61,957 bases of DNA from Euryarchaeota archaeon UBA28 (lineage in GTDB: Archaea; Thermoplasmatota; Poseidoniia; Poseidoniales; Thalassarchaeaceae), in assembly GCA_002501605.1 (NCBI GenBank), contig DANW01000001.1, positions 1 to 61,957 on the forward strand, written 5' to 3'. The notes beneath the pieces are model-generated. The model did not search any database. It saw nothing but the letters and a program-made list of their open reading frames with translations, and had not been told where the DNA came from. Shown here in pieces: positions 29,158 to 38,842 of this stretch. The position numbers and the translations under genes were made by a program. The stretch's first letter is position 1. Each line of letters opens with the position of its first letter.

Positions 29158-32100
29158 TGATTCCCAATACTGCCCAGAGGCTAGCCCTGAATCTAGACTC
29201 ACATATCGTCATCGACGCAGGCGCAGGAACAGGTAAAACGAAGACAATTGTAGACAGAGTGATAGAACACTATCTATCTGGCGACCAAAGAGCTACAAGG
29301 ATTCTCCCAGTTCCCGAGAGGCCTCTACCAATTTCACGAGGGACACTACTCGCTCCCTCCGCTGAGACAGTAGATCCTAAGGACCACCCAGGACTTTTAC
29401 CTGGAGAGGTAGTGCTACTGACATTTACAAATAAAGCCGCAGATGAAATGAGACATAGGCTTAGGGAGGAAATATCCAAGCTAAAAACTGGGTCGTCAAG
29501 CATTTCTGGTAGGGCTGATCCGAGAGTCAACCCAAGTTTATCTGAACAGCTCTTGACTCTCTTGGAGGATGCACCCATAGGCACCATAGACTCTTTCTTC
29601 AATCAATTAGTCTCGCCTTTTAGAGGTCTTCTGGGAGACGCTCTCAGCAGAGAGAATATTTCGGATGCTAGCAGGATTCTTCTTATCGAGGACGCACTTG
29701 ACATTCTTTGGAGGCTACCCAGCTCGATAACAGGAGTCGGGGATGCGGTTGATGCTGGAATCCCCTCAGAAATAGCTCTCGATGTCCTCGAGGCAAGGGA
29801 GAGAATCGCTAGGACATACTCGGGCAGGAAGACGGCCGCAAGACTTCTCAGTGGGCTTGTCAAGAAGTCTGTATTCATCGACGAGGGATTGGGTCCAATA
29901 ACTGATGACTCAGGATCTGTCAATCCCATCCTGCTGAAAGAAAGAATTTTTTCGTCCGCTGACAACTACCAAATAGATACAATATACACTAGGTTGAAGG
30001 AAATCAGTGTGAGGTATTGCGACACTATTCTTTCCTCGCCCGAGATGGTAGGATCCGGTATCCAGGACGACTCGAGGATGGCCTGTCTGATATCCCTATG
30101 CAATGATTCTCCCACCACCCATGAGGCCAAACTAATTTGGCTCGCACATCATCTGGATTGCACATCCAGTCACACATCAGTCCAAAGCGGATCTCCGACG
30201 ATATTCCCACGGGACAACCTTCCGAATGACTCCTTTTGGCACAGGGGAGTGAACTCATGGAGCTCAATCAAGGATAAGAAATTCAAGGAATCAACAAAAA
30301 ACTCCCTAATCTCACAAATCGAACTGATAAGAAACGCCTGGGAATCTGCCGAAGGATTACTGATACTACACTTTGCACAGACTGCCATGCTCATTGACCC
30401 GAATCCGACTCGAAACTCCCCGGAATCAAGGAAAAAGCCTCTGACAGCCATGCCCGAAACCGTTCCAGATAGAGCTCCATCTGGTGAGAGACCAGATAAC
30501 TTCTACTTTTCCTTGGAGTCGGAGGCTAGAAATCTAGAGGATCTAAGATTAGTTCATTTGGGCTTCAAGGGGATCTTGAAGACCTTGAAAGAGCGAGCTG
30601 AAGTACATGATTTCGATGATATACAGGCACTTGCAGGAGATTTACTTCTGTCCAATTGTCCAGAAGTATGCAGAAAATTCTACCCACAATCGGTAATTAG
30701 AGAACTGGACTCGATCGGAGAGGAGCCTTGGAGGGACGATCATATTGGTAGGGCATTCGAAGAAATTACAATTTTAGAAAAAAATCCCGCCCTAGCAGGA
30801 GAGTCAGCTTCAAATCTAGGAGTAATCAGACTAGATCTAGAAAGAAGGCTCGAGCTTCTGAGAAATATCAGGAGAAGGTACATGGCCTTTATTATAGACG
30901 AAGCTCAAGACAACTCACCTCTGCAATGGAGGCTCCTCTCTAGACTATGGGGGGAGAGGGGAATCAAGCAGGACGAATCCTCACCTCCAGACACTCCATG
31001 GCAACCAACCGTATGCTATGTTGGTGATATCAAGCAAAGTATCTACGCGTTTAGACAAGCCGAAGTTGTGGGTTTTCTCGAGTATGCAAGAAAGTTGATG
31101 CTCATCAATCAACACGAATTTTCTAGCATACCACAATTGCATGCAGAGCCCCCTCTTAGAAAGAGGGATAGTAGCAGAGACCCCAGAAATGCCCATGTTC
31201 TCAGGATAAATGAGGCCTCCAGACTAGCTGAGAGAGCGGGAACAGACACTACACAATGGGTCCCATTTGATTTACCAGACGATGGTAAAATACCATCCGA
31301 ACAAGAAGTTGCCCGAAGGAGGAAGGGACTTATCAGACTCAATGTAAACTATCGGACCGAGGGGGGGCTCCTTGATGCGATGAATCATTGGTGGGAGGAT
31401 ATATTTTCACGTAGGCACAGAGACTTCCCAGATGGTGACTTCTATGCGGAGCCACAGCCTCTCAGGGCGTGTAAAGACAAGTCTGAGTCCCCCGGGTCAA
31501 TTGAATGGATATGCCCAGTTCTCACCGAAGGCGCCTCTGATCCACCTGAAGACCTCACGTCTCCAGTGGACTCATTCGGTTACGGAAAGCCGGACTCAAT
31601 CGAGAGACAAGCTATGATGATAGCAATGAGAGTAAGGAACTTGGTCCAAGGAAAACCATCAAGGGTCCTTTCCTCAAAAGGGGACTGGATGGAGATTCCT
31701 GCCGAAGAGCCAGTAAATCCAAGTGACATAATGATTCTGCTTCCCAGCAGAAGTAAGCTGAGAGACAGCATAGTTAGAGAGCTCTCCAATATTGGAATAC
31801 CCTCCCAAGCAGATAGGGAGGGTAGTCTACTAGACCGTCCCACAGTCCACGCCCTGCACGGACTGTTTCAACTGATGGCTAGGCCCAAATCAGCTCATCA
31901 TGCGGCGTGGCTGGCAAGATCCCCACTAATTGGCCTCGATGACCAGATGCTGGAGAGTTTCATCTCGGACTCCGCAAAGGGAGAGAACATGCTCGTTAGG
32001 CTAGAGGACTTTTCATCTAATAGCAGGCAAAAGAGGATGATCTCTAGATGGAATCATCTTTCATCAAGAGGGGCATATGTGGAGGCATTAGAGGAGACAC

Positions 32101-34010
32101 TGGATAGATCAGATTTGTTAGTTGCCTACCCAGATTACTCCTCTCGACAAGACTCAGAGAAATTCATTGATTTGGTCAGAACTCTGGCTTCTGATCTCGG
32201 TGGCGACTCAAAGGTAATTGCGGATAGTCTGAGGAGGCTAAAGGACGGCGATAATAATGCCACAGAGGCCATTAACACCCCAGAATCTGATGCTGTCAGT
32301 GTCATGACCATACATGGATCCAAGGGACTAGAATCCAAGGTTGTAATTCTGGCAGATGTGTTTTCAGGAAGACAAACTAACATCAGAATAGAGTCAACAG
32401 AACGACTTATTGTTACTCCGGATCTTTTCGCCGGACATCCCAAACCTTGGCCTACCGGAGATCCGGTCTCCCCTCTTTGGAATCATGTAAAGAAAATCCA
32501 TCTAGCTAGGACTAATGCTGAGGCAAGGAGACTATTGTATGTGGCAGCGACAAGGGCCGAAAGCAAGCTCATTGTTTGTGGCTCACCGAAGCAAACTAGG
32601 TGGGAGGATGGTACAGGGTTAGTCTTCGATTGGACGTATAGAAATCCCGTTCCTCAGCTGGGGGAGATGTGGCTTGAATCCCTAAGACAAGGATCCTGGA
32701 GTAGATTTGAGGATGACTCTCACTGGATGGCTGATGAGGATATAGGGGCAAAGGTTAGACCGTCGTTAACTAGTAAGGGAACTAGAAAATTAGACCCTGG
32801 AAAGGTTCTGATTTCAGGAATGCTCGGATCAGAAATCCTACGTGGATTGCCCATTTTTCATCATCCCGAATGCCTCGAATTAACTGATGGGTCATCAAAC
32901 TCCATCCTGACCCCTCTCCAGCGAATTGAGAGGACATATCAGGCCACTAAAGAGACAGCGAACATTCTCGGGGATTCCGAATCCTCTCCAAGGTCAGATA
33001 GTAGAAACAGAGTTAGAATTGCACCCCACAATCTTACCTTATTGAACCAGTGCCCTCGGAAGTACTGGATGGATACCAGAGGGGGGGATAAAGGAAAGTC
33101 CTCGGAATATCACTCCGATTCAAAAGACATCGAATACACGACAAACGAAATTGACCCCGCTCTGTTAGGAAAGGTGATTCATCGTATTTTTGAGATAGGA
33201 CTGATGAATCCAGGCCCTCCTGAAGACTCCAAGCCGGATCTTCCACTATCTTGGACCACTAGGAGCCCCGACCTTCTACTGGACCATGATTTGATGAACC
33301 AAGTATTCGATGAAATACTTCCTCCAGACGCCAATCGAGCGGAATACTCTGAGATATCTAGTTCCGTGCTTAGTAGAATAAGAAAAGGCCCCCTCGGCGA
33401 GATGTGTGAGGGCTCCATTGTGGGAGGGCACGTTGTCGAGGGTTTGAGGACTGAGATGCCGTTCCATCTGTCCAGAGAAATTGATTTGGGTGGAATCATC
33501 AGGGGGAGATGGACCCCAGAAGGATCACAACCACTTTCCTCAATCGATAGAGCTTCACTGGAAATGGATGGGGTAATCGATTTGGTCCTATGTACGAAGT
33601 CTGGAGATAGCCAATTCATCAGACCGATCGATCTAAAAACGGAGGAAGCGATAGGCCTACAGAGCGACGATTATGAGGGACTTTCCTCATCCTTAGGGGA
33701 AGATGGCCTAAACCCTTCTTCTGAATTCGAGAAGAGTATGCTGGAGCATCACAGTATGCAGTTGACGCTCTATTACCTAGCACTAAAATCAATTGAGGAT
33801 GAAAGGAAGAGAAGGGGTCTTCCACACAGGGAAGTCCTTAGGCCTGCAATACTAGTTGGGGTCACTGGAAGGATTGTAGAATACCCTGAAGAAATTTTCT
33901 CGGATTGTCTACATCGGATTGAGGAGACCATGGGAACTGCGACCGAAATGGCACTACTCTCCGAAGCTCCCATATCCAAATATAAGTGCAAGTGTTTGAA
34001 TTGTACCTGA
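29157..34010 (+). CDS. AddA-like UvrD/SF1A helicase-nuclease
   Basis: AGAGTGKT, LTFTNKAADEM, TIDSF, IDEAQD, VGDIKQSIYAFR, NYRT, MTIHGSKGLE, RLLYVAATRA; nuclease GKVIH, GVIDLV, IDLKT, QLTLY. Confidence 0.92.
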   Translation: MIPNTAQRLALNLDSHIVIDAGAGTGKTKTIVDRVIEHYLSGDQRATRILPVPERPLPISRGTLLAPSAETVDPKDHPGLLPGEVVLLTFTNKAADEMRHRLREEISKLKTGSSSISGRADPRVNPSLSEQLLTLLEDAPIGTIDSFFNQLVSPFRGLLGDALSRENISDASRILLIEDALDILWRLPSSITGVGDAVDAGIPSEIALDVLEARERIARTYSGRKTAARLLSGLVKKSVFIDEGLGPITDDSGSVNPILLKERIFSSADNYQIDTIYTRLKEISVRYCDTILSSPEMVGSGIQDDSRMACLISLCNDSPTTHEAKLIWLAHHLDCTSSHTSVQSGSPTIFPRDNLPNDSFWHRGVNSWSSIKDKKFKESTKNSLISQIELIRNAWESAEGLLILHFAQTAMLIDPNPTRNSPESRKKPLTAMPETVPDRAPSGERPDNFYFSLESEARNLEDLRLVHLGFKGILKTLKERAEVHDFDDIQALAGDLLLSNCPEVCRKFYPQSVIRELDSIGEEPWRDDHIGRAFEEITILEKNPALAGESASNLGVIRLDLERRLELLRNIRRRYMAFIIDEAQDNSPLQWRLLSRLWGERGIKQDESSPPDTPWQPTVCYVGDIKQSIYAFRQAEVVGFLEYARKLMLINQHEFSSIPQLHAEPPLRKRDSSRDPRNAHVLRINEASRLAERAGTDTTQWVPFDLPDDGKIPSEQEVARRRKGLIRLNVNYRTEGGLLDAMNHWWEDIFSRRHRDFPDGDFYAEPQPLRACKDKSESPGSIEWICPVLTEGASDPPEDLTSPVDSFGYGKPDSIERQAMMIAMRVRNLVQGKPSRVLSSKGDWMEIPAEEPVNPSDIMILLPSRSKLRDSIVRELSNIGIPSQADREGSLLDRPTVHALHGLFQLMARPKSAHHAAWLARSPLIGLDDQMLESFISDSAKGENMLVRLEDFSSNSRQKRMISRWNHLSSRGAYVEALEETLDRSDLLVAYPDYSSRQDSEKFIDLVRTLASDLGGDSKVIADSLRRLKDGDNNATEAINTPESDAVSVMTIHGSKGLESKVVILADVFSGRQTNIRIESTERLIVTPDLFAGHPKPWPTGDPVSPLWNHVKKIHLARTNAEARRLLYVAATRAESKLIVCGSPKQTRWEDGTGLVFDWTYRNPVPQLGEMWLESLRQGSWSRFEDDSHWMADEDIGAKVRPSLTSKGTRKLDPGKVLISGMLGSEILRGLPIFHHPECLELTDGSSNSILTPLQRIERTYQATKETANILGDSESSPRSDSRNRVRIAPHNLTLLNQCPRKYWMDTRGGDKGKSSEYHSDSKDIEYTTNEIDPALLGKVIHRIFEIGLMNPGPPEDSKPDLPLSWTTRSPDLLLDHDLMNQVFDEILPPDANRAEYSEISSSVLSRIRKGPLGEMCEGSIVGGHVVEGLRTEMPFHLSREIDLGGIIRGRWTPEGSQPLSSIDRASLEMDGVIDLVLCTKSGDSQFIRPIDLKTEEAIGLQSDDYEGLSSSLGEDGLNPSSEFEKSMLEHHSMQLTLYYLALKSIEDERKRRGLPHREVLRPAILVGVTGRIVEYPEEIFSDCLHRIEETMGTATEMALLSEAPISKYKCKCLNCT

Positions 34011-34066
34011 CTTTCAGCTGGGCGAAGAACAGAAGAGTCCATTTGTGATGCCTCAGACAACGGTAC

Positions 34067-35479
34067 ATGACGCATGACATGGACCGACTTTTGGAGATGA
34101 GTGAGGAAATATGGGAGAACTCGATTATTCCAAGCCTGAGTGAGTTCATAGGAATAAAGGCACTATCCCCACTGTTCGAACCAGACTGGGAAGAGCTTGG
34201 TGAGCTAGACGATGTTATCGAGCTGTTCTGTAATTGGATTGATATGCAAGGCATCAGAGGCCTAAGCTACTCCGTTCACAGGATAGAGGGAAGGTCCCCG
34301 GTCCTGTTAGTTACGGTGGAAGGTACAGGTAAGGGGGAGGTAATCTTCTACTCACATCTAGACAAGCAACCCTCGAAGTCAGAGTTGTGGTCAGATGGAC
34401 TTGGCCCACTGGTCGCGGTAAGAAGGGGAGAATGGCTCTTTGGAAGAGGTAGTATCGATGACGGATATGGTGGATACCTTTGTCTTGCTTCTCTAAAAAT
34501 TCTTCAGGAATCTGGTATCCCTCACCCAAAGTGCTCATTCCTAATAGAGACCTGCGAGGAATCCGGATCATTCGACCTCCCCCCTTACTTGGAAAATCTG
34601 GAAGATGATCTTGGCGATCCCAATATGATAGTGGTAATGGATAGTGGCGGGCCAGATTATGATCACATCTGGATAACGGAGTCCTTGAGAGGCCTCGTCT
34701 CTGGGACTCTCTCCATCAAAGTGTCCCACGAAGGTATTCACTCAGGCACGTCCGGGGGCTCCATACCCTCATCATTCAGGATTGCCAGAAAAATACTGGA
34801 TAGGGTCGAAGATTCGGATACGGGAGAGGTCCTCGTCCCAGAGATGCACGTCGAAATAACTCAGGAATTGAGAGAAAAGGCTGAATCTCTGGCCGCAGTT
34901 GTTGGAGAGTCACTATGGGAGCAACTCCCCACTGTTGACTCTCTGACCCCAGTCTCTCCTAGAGTCTCGGATATGATTCTCGGTATGAATTGGCAGCCAT
35001 CGATGTGCGTCATTGGGGCTGATGGCCTACCCCCAGTGCAAGTAGCTGGTAATGTACTGAGAACCAATACTGATCTGAAGTTGAGCTTCAGAATTCCTCC
35101 AGGGATTGAAGCCGACTCGTTGGAGCCAATTCTGAAGGAGCTCCTAGAGTCAGACCCACCTTACGGTGCAGAGGTCTCCTTCGTCCCAGACTCCTCTGCC
35201 AACGGTTTTCACTCCCCCCCGTTAGAAGGGGAAGTCAAGAGGGCCATCTCCGAGGCCGCCACTCACTTCACAAATAGTCCTCCTTTAGCTACTTGGATAG
35301 GAGGGACCATTCCATTCATGGCAATGATGCAGGGCAGATACCCTGAAGCAAAATTCCTCTGCACAGGTGCTTCGGGACCAGGGAATAACGCTCACGGACC
35401 AGATGAGAAGCTCCACATCCCATCTGCAAAGAGACTCACCGCCGTGTTGGCAAACACTGTCGCCGCTGTTTCTAGATGA
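34067..35479 (+). CDS. M20/M25/M40 metallopeptidase
   Basis: YSHLDKQP, GRGSIDD, EESGS, SLRG, GGTIPF, NAHGPDE. Confidence 0.93.
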   Translation: MTHDMDRLLEMSEEIWENSIIPSLSEFIGIKALSPLFEPDWEELGELDDVIELFCNWIDMQGIRGLSYSVHRIEGRSPVLLVTVEGTGKGEVIFYSHLDKQPSKSELWSDGLGPLVAVRRGEWLFGRGSIDDGYGGYLCLASLKILQESGIPHPKCSFLIETCEESGSFDLPPYLENLEDDLGDPNMIVVMDSGGPDYDHIWITESLRGLVSGTLSIKVSHEGIHSGTSGGSIPSSFRIARKILDRVEDSDTGEVLVPEMHVEITQELREKAESLAAVVGESLWEQLPTVDSLTPVSPRVSDMILGMNWQPSMCVIGADGLPPVQVAGNVLRTNTDLKLSFRIPPGIEADSLEPILKELLESDPPYGAEVSFVPDSSANGFHSPPLEGEVKRAISEAATHFTNSPPLATWIGGTIPFMAMMQGRYPEAKFLCTGASGPGNNAHGPDEKLHIPSAKRLTAVLANTVAAVSR

Positions 35480-35559
35480 ATACGGCTAATCACTCGTTTG
35501 AGTATCCCCTCTCCGCCGGGGTTAAAGGGGAAGCTGTAGTCCAGCAGTTTGGGATAACC

Positions 35560-36195
35560 ATGAGCGAAGAAGAGACAATGCCTGTCGAACAGGATGATTT
35601 GGCCGAGCAGCTTGCCATGGAAAAGGAACGTTTAGACAAGCTCTACGTCGCTTATCAGGCACTGCAATCAGAGTTTGATGACTCGAAGGCGCATATCGAG
35701 GTTCTGGAGAAGGAAGCTATAGACAAGGAGATCGAGAAGGAAGGATTGGAAGAGCTCCTTAACGAGAAGGACAGTAGAATTAGAAATCTCGAGATAGAGT
35801 CCGCCAAGGCTGGAACCAGGGTCAAGCACCTAGAGCCAGAGTTGGAGAAGATGGAAGAAATGTATACAAGGGAACAAGCAAGGCTCGGAAGGGTTTTCGA
35901 CGTAGCTGAGGAGCTCGATGAAGCACTGCAGACCGCTACTGCAGAACTGAAGGCAAGAGACGACTGGTATGTAGAGCATATGAAGATCTTCGAGGACATA
36001 AAGAAGGTCACTGAGACAAGATTCGAGATGATTGACAGGGCCATGGAGTACTTCAAAGAGTTCCAAGAGAAGCAGGATACATTCAGGGAGAGGATGGACG
36101 AAACCCTCGAGGCGGTCAAGGAGGCGGCATCCGAAAATTCATCACAGGAACCAGAGCCTCAAGAAGAATCCCAAGATAGTGCTGACAGTAGCTGA
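35560..36195 (+). CDS. acidic coiled-coil protein
   Basis: E/K-rich heptads over ~180 aa; ATG 35560 preferred. Confidence 0.8.
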   Translation: MSEEETMPVEQDDLAEQLAMEKERLDKLYVAYQALQSEFDDSKAHIEVLEKEAIDKEIEKEGLEELLNEKDSRIRNLEIESAKAGTRVKHLEPELEKMEEMYTREQARLGRVFDVAEELDEALQTATAELKARDDWYVEHMKIFEDIKKVTETRFEMIDRAMEYFKEFQEKQDTFRERMDETLEAVKEAASENSSQEPEPQEESQDSADSS

Positions 36196-36199
36196 TTTT

Positions 36200-36946
36200 T
36201 CAGTCTGGCCTAGACCCATCAGCCCTTCTTATGCACCTGGCAGGTATTCCCGCCCAAACTTCTCCAGCAGGTATCTCGGTCCACTTGGGAACGACCGCCC
36301 TCGAAGCCACTATCGCATCTTTTCCGATAGTACAACCCGGTTGCACAACTGAACCCATACCAAGAAGGGCACCATCTCCAACCGTGACAGGAGCCATCAC
36401 CAGCTCGCCCTTCTCTGTGAGATGTGCGTTAATGGTTGCATCACCTCCGAGCACCACACCATTTCCGAGAGTTACAGATCCAGCATCGTTCACATGTGCA
36501 GAATTGATTTGAACTCCTTTACCCAATTTAGCCCCCGAGAGTCGGTAATACGTGTTTCCTATGAATGAAGGAACAAGATATGGCAGGAAGAACAGGGCAA
36601 TTCTGTGGAATATCATAGACCAGGCCCATTGTATTGTTACGAATGATTGCAGAGGGTACCTGCCAGGCTCTAGTCTTGGACGGAATAGTCCTCCCAGTGC
36701 CCCCGATAGGATTACCAGAGTCACTCCCCAGGACATTATTGCCATCCCCAATCCCGTTCCGAAAATCAAGAAATCCAACAAAGACACAGAGTCAATTTCC
36801 GAAAACGAGGAAGCTTCTACCCCCCCCGATTCCAGAATAAAGAGAAATAGATAGATTGCGGGTACAGAGGATATTCCCACAATAACTGCCAAGAATGGGA
36901 TAACTATTGCAGTAAGCACGTTTTGAATTACTGTGAAGCCCCTCAT
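36200..36946 (-). CDS. membrane-anchored hexapeptide-repeat (LbH) acyltransferase-like protein
   Basis: N-terminal TMs then GAKLGKGVQI, VTLGNGVVLG, VTVGDGALLG, WAGIPA. Confidence 0.85.
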   Translation of the reverse strand: MRGFTVIQNVLTAIVIPFLAVIVGISSVPAIYLFLFILESGGVEASSFSEIDSVSLLDFLIFGTGLGMAIMSWGVTLVILSGALGGLFRPRLEPGRYPLQSFVTIQWAWSMIFHRIALFFLPYLVPSFIGNTYYRLSGAKLGKGVQINSAHVNDAGSVTLGNGVVLGGDATINAHLTEKGELVMAPVTVGDGALLGMGSVVQPGCTIGKDAIVASRAVVPKWTEIPAGEVWAGIPARCIRRADGSRPD

Positions 36947-38736
36947 TCTTCAACGACTCCCATGGCTTCGTCATCTACCTCTTTAGCAACCCTGATCCCT
37001 TCGTCAACATCCACTACGAAAAAGAAACACATCCCCATCAATATAGGTACTACAACACTCAAAAGACCCATTCTGCTATCCATTGAAGCGGCTACAATCG
37101 CATAAACGATAGGACCCAGTACAGATACTGCCTTCCCTATGAAGGCGAAAAACCCGAAGAACTCAGTTGTCTTGGTGGTTGGTATTAGAACGCTGAAAAG
37201 ACTCCTTGAGAGTGCCCCTGCTACTCCCATCACCATCCCAAATGACATACCTAAAATGATCCACTGGAGGTTTATGCCGACTCCAGCAGGCTCCCAAATA
37301 TTATCTCTCAAGAGATTCGGCCACCAGTCTATCGGACCACCCTCAATTATTGTAGGATGGTCATCTCCAACGGAGACATCACCGTCCAAAGGACCCCCTT
37401 TGAAAGAGAATGAGAACCTGTGATTGGTCTCATTCATCATCTCAGCCGAAAGAGAGAAAGCATCATCCAGAGCCAATAAGCCAATCTCATCATCTCCATT
37501 TTTCATGAATGAAAGGAAAGCCAACCTGAAATCCTCATCACCCTCCCCTGATTCACTGACCCACCCATCAACCCCCCTATCATAGAGGGTAGACAGCTTG
37601 TAGGCATCTTTGTCCTCATCCCAGTCATATCGAAAATCATACCTCTCATGATCGTCGCCCAGCTCAAGGGGAGCGAAGCCGACCCCGAGAACTGAAACCA
37701 CACAGAATATGGTTAAAGAGCCACCTAGAACATTCTTATTCCCATATTTGCTAGCTAGTGATGCTCCGATGATTGTCATCGGTATCGCTACAATATTTGC
37801 GGATAAAAGAAGGACGAAATTCATGGTAAAATCAATCCTCAGAACCGAATCAGCATATGCCGCCGCCAATCCTGCTATGGCGTTTACACCATCGTAGAAA
37901 AGCAGGTATCCACACAAGAAGAGACTTAGGACCTTGTATCTTCGAATCTCCGAGAAAGTGCTCTTAATCTCACTCAGCCCGTCCTTAACCGCTTCAAACA
38001 CGTTGAGGTATTCTGTTGGGTTGGGTATTTCTGGTTCAGGGGTGTTTCGGAACATTGGAACCGAGAATCCTAACCACCACAGTGCGCTAGTTACAAAAAC
38101 AAAACATTGGACGTCTGGATCTTCAAATCCAAATCTCAGCCCTACAGCTAGATGGACTGCTAGGAGTATGCAACCTCCAAGGAAACCATATGCGTATCCC
38201 CAGCTAGAAATATGGTCCATTAGTCTCTTATCACCGAGGTATGGTAGAAAAGCTGAGTAGATTGCATGGCCCCCTGCGAATCCAATGTTGCCCATGATTA
38301 GACAAATTGCGAGGAATTTGTAAGAAGAATTTTCATCCATGTAAGGAGCTAAACCCATCAGCCCTGTGAACAGAATTCCCACTACTGTGTAAACCCTCAA
38401 AATCTTCTTCTTGATTGGCATTCTATCAGCTATAGCGCCCAGAACCGGACTAACTATCGCCACAAAGACACTCGATATTCCGAGAACGACGGCATAGAAA
38501 CTGTCTCCTGTAAAGGTCATCCCAGCATAATCCGCACTCCCTCCATTCGCTAGATTGAACATGTTGGACAATAATGTCGGAACGACTACCGTGATTACCG
38601 TAAGTGCAAACGCTTGGTTAGCCCAGTCAAACCAGTACCAACTTTGCAATGATTTCTTATCTGCTGGATCCATCTCGTCCAGAAGCCTTTCTACAGTCTC
38701 TGAATTGGCCAAAAGTCCCCCAAAGCCTCCCGCCAT
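36943..38736 (-). CDS. MFS transporter (UMF1/ATG22-like) with large loop insertion
   Basis: WYWFDWANQAF, SPVLGAIAD, ISSWGYAYGFLGG, FYDGV, SRSLFSVLIP..EFFGFF. Confidence 0.9.
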   Translation of the reverse strand: MAGGFGGLLANSETVERLLDEMDPADKKSLQSWYWFDWANQAFALTVITVVVPTLLSNMFNLANGGSADYAGMTFTGDSFYAVVLGISSVFVAIVSPVLGAIADRMPIKKKILRVYTVVGILFTGLMGLAPYMDENSSYKFLAICLIMGNIGFAGGHAIYSAFLPYLGDKRLMDHISSWGYAYGFLGGCILLAVHLAVGLRFGFEDPDVQCFVFVTSALWWLGFSVPMFRNTPEPEIPNPTEYLNVFEAVKDGLSEIKSTFSEIRRYKVLSLFLCGYLLFYDGVNAIAGLAAAYADSVLRIDFTMNFVLLLSANIVAIPMTIIGASLASKYGNKNVLGGSLTIFCVVSVLGVGFAPLELGDDHERYDFRYDWDEDKDAYKLSTLYDRGVDGWVSESGEGDEDFRLAFLSFMKNGDDEIGLLALDDAFSLSAEMMNETNHRFSFSFKGGPLDGDVSVGDDHPTIIEGGPIDWWPNLLRDNIWEPAGVGINLQWIILGMSFGMVMGVAGALSRSLFSVLIPTTKTTEFFGFFAFIGKAVSVLGPIVYAIVAASMDSRMGLLSVVVPILMGMCFFFVVDVDEGIRVAKEVDDEAMGVVEE

Positions 38737-38842
38737 GGCCCTCTGAGAATAACTTGGTCTTTAGTGTCGTCTACGTAATCTGGTAACCTGTGGCTCACCT
38801 ACTTCGGTCAATGTTCAATAGTACGGCCCCAGAGGGAATATC

